Positions 58,425 through 64,000 of a DNA stretch of 64,000 bases are shown here, piece after piece (within the stretch, counting starts at the first letter, position 1; every line of letters starts with the position of its first letter). The DNA comes from Macrostomum lignano (Eukaryota): NCBI GenBank assembly GCA_002269645.1, contig NIVC01002412.1, forward strand, positions 112,976 through 176,975. The letters are read 5' to 3'. The position numbers and the translations under genes were made by a program. Under the pieces are notes generated by a model, which had not been told where the DNA came from, did not search any database, and saw only the letters and a program-made list of their open reading frames with translations.

Positions 58425-59535
58425 CTCAATGAGTGTCCATAGTCTCAAGAAAAGTCCATAGTCTCAATGAGTGTCCATAGTCTCAATGAGTGTCCATAGT
58501 CTCAATGAGTGTCCATAGTCTCAATGAGTGTCCATAGTCTCAATGAGTGTCCATAGTCTCAAGAAAAGTCCATAGTCTCAATGAGTGTCCATAGTCTCAA
58601 TGAGTGTCCATAGTCTCAATGAGTGTCCATAGTCTTAATGAGTGTCCATAGTCTCAAGAAAAGTCCATAGTCTCAATGAGTGTCCATAGTCTCAATGAGT
58701 GTCCATAGTCTCAATGAGTGTCCATAGTCTCAATGAGTGTCCATAGTCTCAATGAGTGTCCATAGTCTCAAGAAAATTCCATAACATCAATGAGTGCCCA
58801 TAGTATCAAGAAGTGTCCGTAGCCTCAATGAGTGCCCATAGTATCAAGAAGTGTCCGTAGCCTCAATGAGTGCCCATAGTATCAAGAAGTGTCCGTAGCC
58901 TCAATGAGTGCCCATAGTATCAAGAAGAAGTGTCCGTAGCCTCAATGAGTGCCCATAGTATCAAGAAGAAGTGTCCGTAGCCTCAATGAGTGCCCATAGT
59001 ATCAAGAAGAAGTGTCCGTAGCCTCAATGAGTGCCCATTGTATCAAGAAGAAGTGTCCGTAGCCTCAATGAGTGCCCATTGTATCAAGAAGAAGTGTCCG
59101 TAGCCTCAATGAGTGCCCATAGTATCAAGAAGTGTCCGTAGCCTCAATGAGTGCCCATAGTATCAAGAAGTGTCCGTAGCCTCAATGAGTGCCCATAGTA
59201 TCAAGAAGAAGTGTCCGTAGCCTCAATGAGTGCCCATAGTATCAAGAAGAAGTGTCCGTAGCCTCAATGAGTGCCCATAGTATCAAGAAGAAGTGTCCGT
59301 AGCCTCAATGAGTGCCCATTGTATCAAGAAGAAGTGTCCGTAGCCTCAATGAGTGCCCATAGTATCAAGAAGTGTCCGTAGCCTCAATGAGTGCCCATAG
59401 TATCAAGAAGTGTCCGTAGCCTCAATGAGTGCCCATAGTATCAAGAAGTGTCCGTAGCCTCAATGAGTGCCCATAGTATCAAGAAGAAGTGTCCGTAGAA
59501 GAAGTGTCCGAAGTGTCCGTAGCCTCAATGAGTGC
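58425..59535. repeat. 19-bp satellite ATGAGTGTCCATAGTCTCA grading into a 38-41 bp dimer
   Basis: Monomer to ~58780; dimer ATGAGTGCCCATAGTATCA+AGAAGTGTCCGTAGCCTCA thereafter. Confidence 0.95.
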
Positions 59536-60174
59536 TTATAGTCTCAAGAAGTGATGTCTATCAAATTAGGATCCTAAGGATTCATTAAAATGCACATAAT
59601 AAACATAATAGCTCAAGATGAAGCTAGAAATTGCTTAAAAAATTAACCAAGTAAAGAAATAACTCGACAAAAGGCCCAACCAAGTAATGAAATTTTGCAA
59701 TGAGCAACAATTATAGTGTGTGTATATGCCGTTCTTATCTAAAAATGAAGGTGTGTAAAACGTACAATCTTTATGCATAATATATATAAAACACGTGCAA
59801 CTTCTGCAAGAACAGGTGAAAAATTCGCTATGGTTTATCAGAACTTTACGGGAATCTAACATTAATATCATTGATAAAATATTATGGAATTAAAATAGCG
59901 AACAAGTCACGAAAATATGAAGGACACAACCCAGCTGAGAGATAAATAATACAAGACAGTTCAGTGCAAGCTACGGAATTGTTAAAACTGGAATTCAAAA
60001 ATATAGATTTTTAAGCTGTCTGCTAGGCGCTTCTCCTAACTTCCTGGCCGCAAAAAATATTGCTGGCTGGGAGCAGCAGTTAAAAAGAAGAAAATGTGAT
60101 TGCAATGGAGATGAAAAATAAATTGCACTAATGCAAGATTTTAAAGATGGGCCTGCGACAACTGACTGCCGACC

Positions 60175-61640
60175 TTAGCCCTGAATTACACTAGCCCTGA
60201 ATTAGACTAGCCCTGAATTACACTAGCCCTGAATTAGACTAGCCCTGAATTAGACTAGCCCTGAATTAGACTAGCCCTGAATTAGACTAGCCCTAAATTA
60301 GACTAGCCCTGAATTAGACTAGCCCTGAATTAGACTAGCCCTGAATTACACTAGCCCTGAATTAGACTAGCCCTGAATTACACTAGCCCTGAATTAGACT
60401 AGCCCTAAATTAGACTAGCCCTGAATTAGACTAGCCCTAAATTAGACTAGCCCTGAATTAGACTAGCCCTGAATTAGACTAGCCCTAAATTAGACTAGCC
60501 CTGAATTAGACTAGCCCTAAATTAGACTAGCCCTGAATTAGACTAGCCCTGAATTACACTAGCCCTGAATTAGACTAGCCCTGAATTAGACTAGCCCTGA
60601 ATTAGACTAGCCCTAAATTAGACTAGCCCTGAATTAGACTAGCCCTGAATTAGACTAGCCCTGAATTACACTAGCCCTGAATTAGACTAGCCCTGAATTA
60701 CACTAGCCCTGAATTAGACTAGCCCTAAATTAGACTAGCCCTGAATTAGACTAGCCCTAAATTAGACTAGCCCTGAATTAGACTAGCCCTGAATTAGACT
60801 AGCCCTGAATTAGACTAGCCCTGAATTAGACTAGCCCTGAATTAGACTAGCCCTAAATTAGACTAGCCCTGAATTAGACTAGCCCTGAATTAGACTAGCC
60901 CTAAATTAGACTAGCCCTGAATTAGACTAGCCCTGAATTAGACTAGCCCTGAATTAGACTAGCCCTGAATTAGACTAGCCCTGAATTAGACTAGCCCTAA
61001 ATTAGACTAGCCCTGAATTAGACTAGCCCTGAATTAGACTAGCCCTGAATTACACTAGCCCTGAATTAGACTAGCCCTGAATTAGACTAGCCCTGAATTA
61101 CACTAGCCCTGAATTAGACTAGCCCTGAATTACACTAGCCCTGAATTAGACTAGCCCTAAATTAGACTAGCCTGAATTAGACTAGCCCTGAATTAGACTA
61201 GCCCTGAATTAGACTAGCCCTGAATTACACTAGCCCTGAATTACACTAGCCCTGAATTAGACTAGCCCTGAATTAGACTAGCCCTGAATTAGACTAGCCC
61301 TAAATTAGACTAGCCCTGAATTAGACTAGCCCTGAATTAGACTAGCCCTGAATTAGACTAGCCCTGAATTAGACTAGCCCTGAATTAGACTAGCCCTGAA
61401 GTACACTAGCCCTGAATTACACTAGCCCTGAATTAGACTAGCCCTGAATTAGACTAGCCCTGAATTAGACTAGCCCTGAATTAGACTAGCCCTGAATTAG
61501 ACTAGCCCTGAATTACACTAGCCCTGAATTACACTAACCATAAATTACTCTAACCCTAAATTACACTAGCCCTAAATTACACTAACTCTAAATTACACTA
61601 ACCCTAACTTACAATACCCTAAAATTATTAAAACCCTAAC
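60175..61640. repeat. 16-bp satellite TAGACTAGCCCTGAAT ending in TAACCCTAA-type units
   Basis: Read directly. Confidence 0.96.
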
Positions 61641-62304
61641 TACTCGATCGCAAACTAAATATGAATTTTTCCAAACAGAAAGCTGTCAAATTGGTTTTCA
61701 TACTCGTATCATACATATGAAATGTGTAATACATATCAGCTAATTTCAATAATAAAAAGACCACTCGTGTCGCAGATGACTACTTGCAAAGGTAGTAACC
61801 AGTGTGGTAAAAATGATTATAAGGTAAATGTTTTGGAATTTCTGTTGCAACAAAAAAACCTTCAGGATCCATTGGAGTAAAATATAAGAAAATACAAAAT
61901 GGCGGTACAGGCTCTGAATACGGCTCCATTACTTCTGGTGTAGAATATATAGAGAAAGAAAATGTGCAGAATAACAATTTTTTGTTATAATATCATACTA
62001 CTAGCGTGTGTGCGCAATGACTAGCTCAACCGAGTAGTGACTAGCGCGTCCAACAAAAAAAATAGCATTAAAAAGAGAATTTATAAATAGAAACAGGATG
62101 CAATTAAAAAATACAGAACCAACCCAGAGTGGATTTTAAACTGGCAATGCTTCAACATGGCATAACAAATAATATTGTCAGGAATTTATCTATTCAGTTA
62201 TAGTGTACCAAATAATACTGAAATGAGCAATAGGGAACTCTGAATGTGCTTACAATAACACAGTAAGTATATGCCTCAATCTAAATTCTATTATCAAAAC
62301 GCAA

Positions 62305-62570
62305 TACCGATTCTCTGGGGAGATTTTATGGAACGATTCTCTATGGATTTTATGGGGCGATTCTCTATGGGATTTTATGTGGCGATTCTCTAAGTATGGG
62401 GATTTTATGGGCGATTCTCTAAGTATGGGGATTTTATGGGGTGATTCTCTATGGAGATTTTATATGGCGATTCTCTATGGGATTTTATGGGGCGATTCTC
62501 TATAGGATTTTATGGGGCGATTCTCTAAGTATGGGGATTTTATGGGGCGATTCTCTATGGGGATTTTCGA
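62305..62570. repeat. ~24-28 bp repeat GGGCGATTCTCTATGGGGATTTTAT
   Basis: Read directly. Confidence 0.9.
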
Positions 62571-62781
62571 AAAATTTCTAATCGATTTTTAAACTTTTTC
62601 TGCAACGATACTACTATAAGTAGGCAGTGAGAATTTCGGCCATAATTTGAACAGCAGGCCAACCAAGTAAAGGTATAACTAAGCATAACTATAACTCTAT
62701 AAATAGGTTACGTCATCAGCTGATTGCCATAAAAAACTTGCAGACTCAGTCCAAGATAAAGCAGTTCTGAGTTGCAACACT

Positions 62782-63214
62782 TTAAATAGGAATGGATCCC
62801 TGCGGTCGGGGCTGGTTGCCAGGCGGCTGCGGCAGCTGACGCCTGCGCTGCTGCTGAGGATGCTGCTGACCGCCCCGGTCCACCCGCAGCTGCCGGTCGC
62901 TCCGGTAGTCCTCGGGATCGCCGCTCCACAGCCCGCTGCCTGTCGCCGCCGCGGCAGCTCCGGCAGCTGATGACGCGGCATTCGATGGCTGAGCCGCCTG
63001 CTGCTGCTGATGATGCTGATGATGCTGATGATGCAGCATATGCTGATGATGCTGATGACGCCAGCTGTGGACTGCCCGGACATGCCTAATAGTCGTTCAG
63101 CTTTGCTCAGCATCGAAGGCGGATGAGTAGCACGCCAATAGGCCTCCAGGTATTCAGCCAGGTGTTCGCACGCATCTCCAATTGGTTTTCGTCTAGCACC
63201 ACGTCATAGAGATC
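62782..63214 (-). CDS. CACNB: Voltage-gated calcium channel beta subunit, terminal exon (end of GK domain plus low-complexity tail); frameshifted as given; rest of gene lies beyond the window
   Basis: ccccgccag|[13 protein letters not shown] in one frame continues as [20 protein letters not shown] in the next frame, matching the conserved Cav-beta motif [28 protein letters not shown]. One G is missing at ~63175. Confidence 0.88.
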
Positions 63215-63289
63215 CTGGCGGGGATGGGTTGGGGAACCCGAGCTTGCAGAGAATTCGCCTGATATCAGACTGAAAGACTGAAAGGGAGA

Positions 63290-64000
63290 TAGACACAGAG
63301 ACAGCTAAACCTAGTTACAGGGACACCCTGAGACAGACAGACACCCAGAAACACCCGGAGACACCCGGAGACAGATCTAAGGCACACTAAGACACCAAGA
63401 GAGAAACAGACATTGATAGACAGATAGACACCAGAGACAGATAGACACGTAGAGACAAATAGACACCAGAGACAGATAGACACCCAGAGACACCCATAGA
63501 CACCCAGAGACAGATAGACACCCATAGACACCCAGAGACAGATAGACACCCAGAGACACCCAGAGACAGATAGACACCCAGAGACACCCATAGACACCCA
63601 GAGACAGATAGACACTCAAGAGACAGATAGACACGTAGAGACATGACACTCAGAGACAGATAGACACCCAGAGACAGATAGACACTCAGAGACAGATAGA
63701 CACGTAGAGACAGATAGACACCCAGAGACACCCATAGACACCCAGAGACACCCCATAGACACCCAGAGACACCCATAGACACCCAGAGACACCCATAGAC
63801 ACCCATAGACACCTATAGACACTCAGAGACAGATAGACACCCATAGACACCCAGAGACACCCATAGACACCCATAGACACCCAGAGACACCCATAGACAC
63901 CCATAGACACCAGAGACACCATAGACACCCAGAGACAGATAGACACCCAGAGACACCCATAGACACCCAGAGACACCCATAGACACACCAGAGACACCCA
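63290..64000. repeat. GACACCCA(G/T)A / GACAGATA-based satellite in the Cav-beta intron, running off the window
   Basis: Read directly. Confidence 0.94.

Overview
Eukaryotic (invertebrate) genomic DNA in which most of the sequence is tandem repeat. The style (GC-rich exons with poly-Q/A runs, a different minisatellite in almost every intron) resembles the flatworm Macrostomum, but that is an inference and the species cannot be read from the sequence. Four protein-coding loci were reconstructed by hand from GT-AG splice sites with consistent phases. (1) A 14-exon UNC5 netrin receptor on + (7586-40413, 3276 nt CDS, 1091 aa; signal peptide, Ig, Ig, TSP1, TSP1, TM, ZU5, UPA, death domain). (2) A 7-exon Amt-family ammonium transporter on - (48258-42994, 512 aa). 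(3) A 2-exon FMRFamide-receptor-like class A GPCR on - (52866-49825, 514 aa). (4) The last exon of a voltage-gated Ca channel beta subunit on - (63214-62782), with one clear and one probable 1-nt frameshift. Mobile DNA: four copies of a tRNA-derived CORE-type SINE, three copies of a hAT-like MITE with an expandable AG-rich core, and a young 903-bp MITE with 78-bp TIRs and a perfect 8-bp TSD. Most long ORFs in the supplied track are satellite artefacts. The most notable observations are a 49-bp remnant resembling a P-element excision footprint, an unannotated ~40-90 bp motif in six dispersed copies (one overlapping a UNC5 splice donor), a 75-bp duplicated 3' splice site bracketing a satellite, satellites overlapping or abutting splice sites, and an acidic DxxD-rich insertion in the UNC5 ZU5 region. 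No CRISPR, rRNA or true tRNA gene was found.
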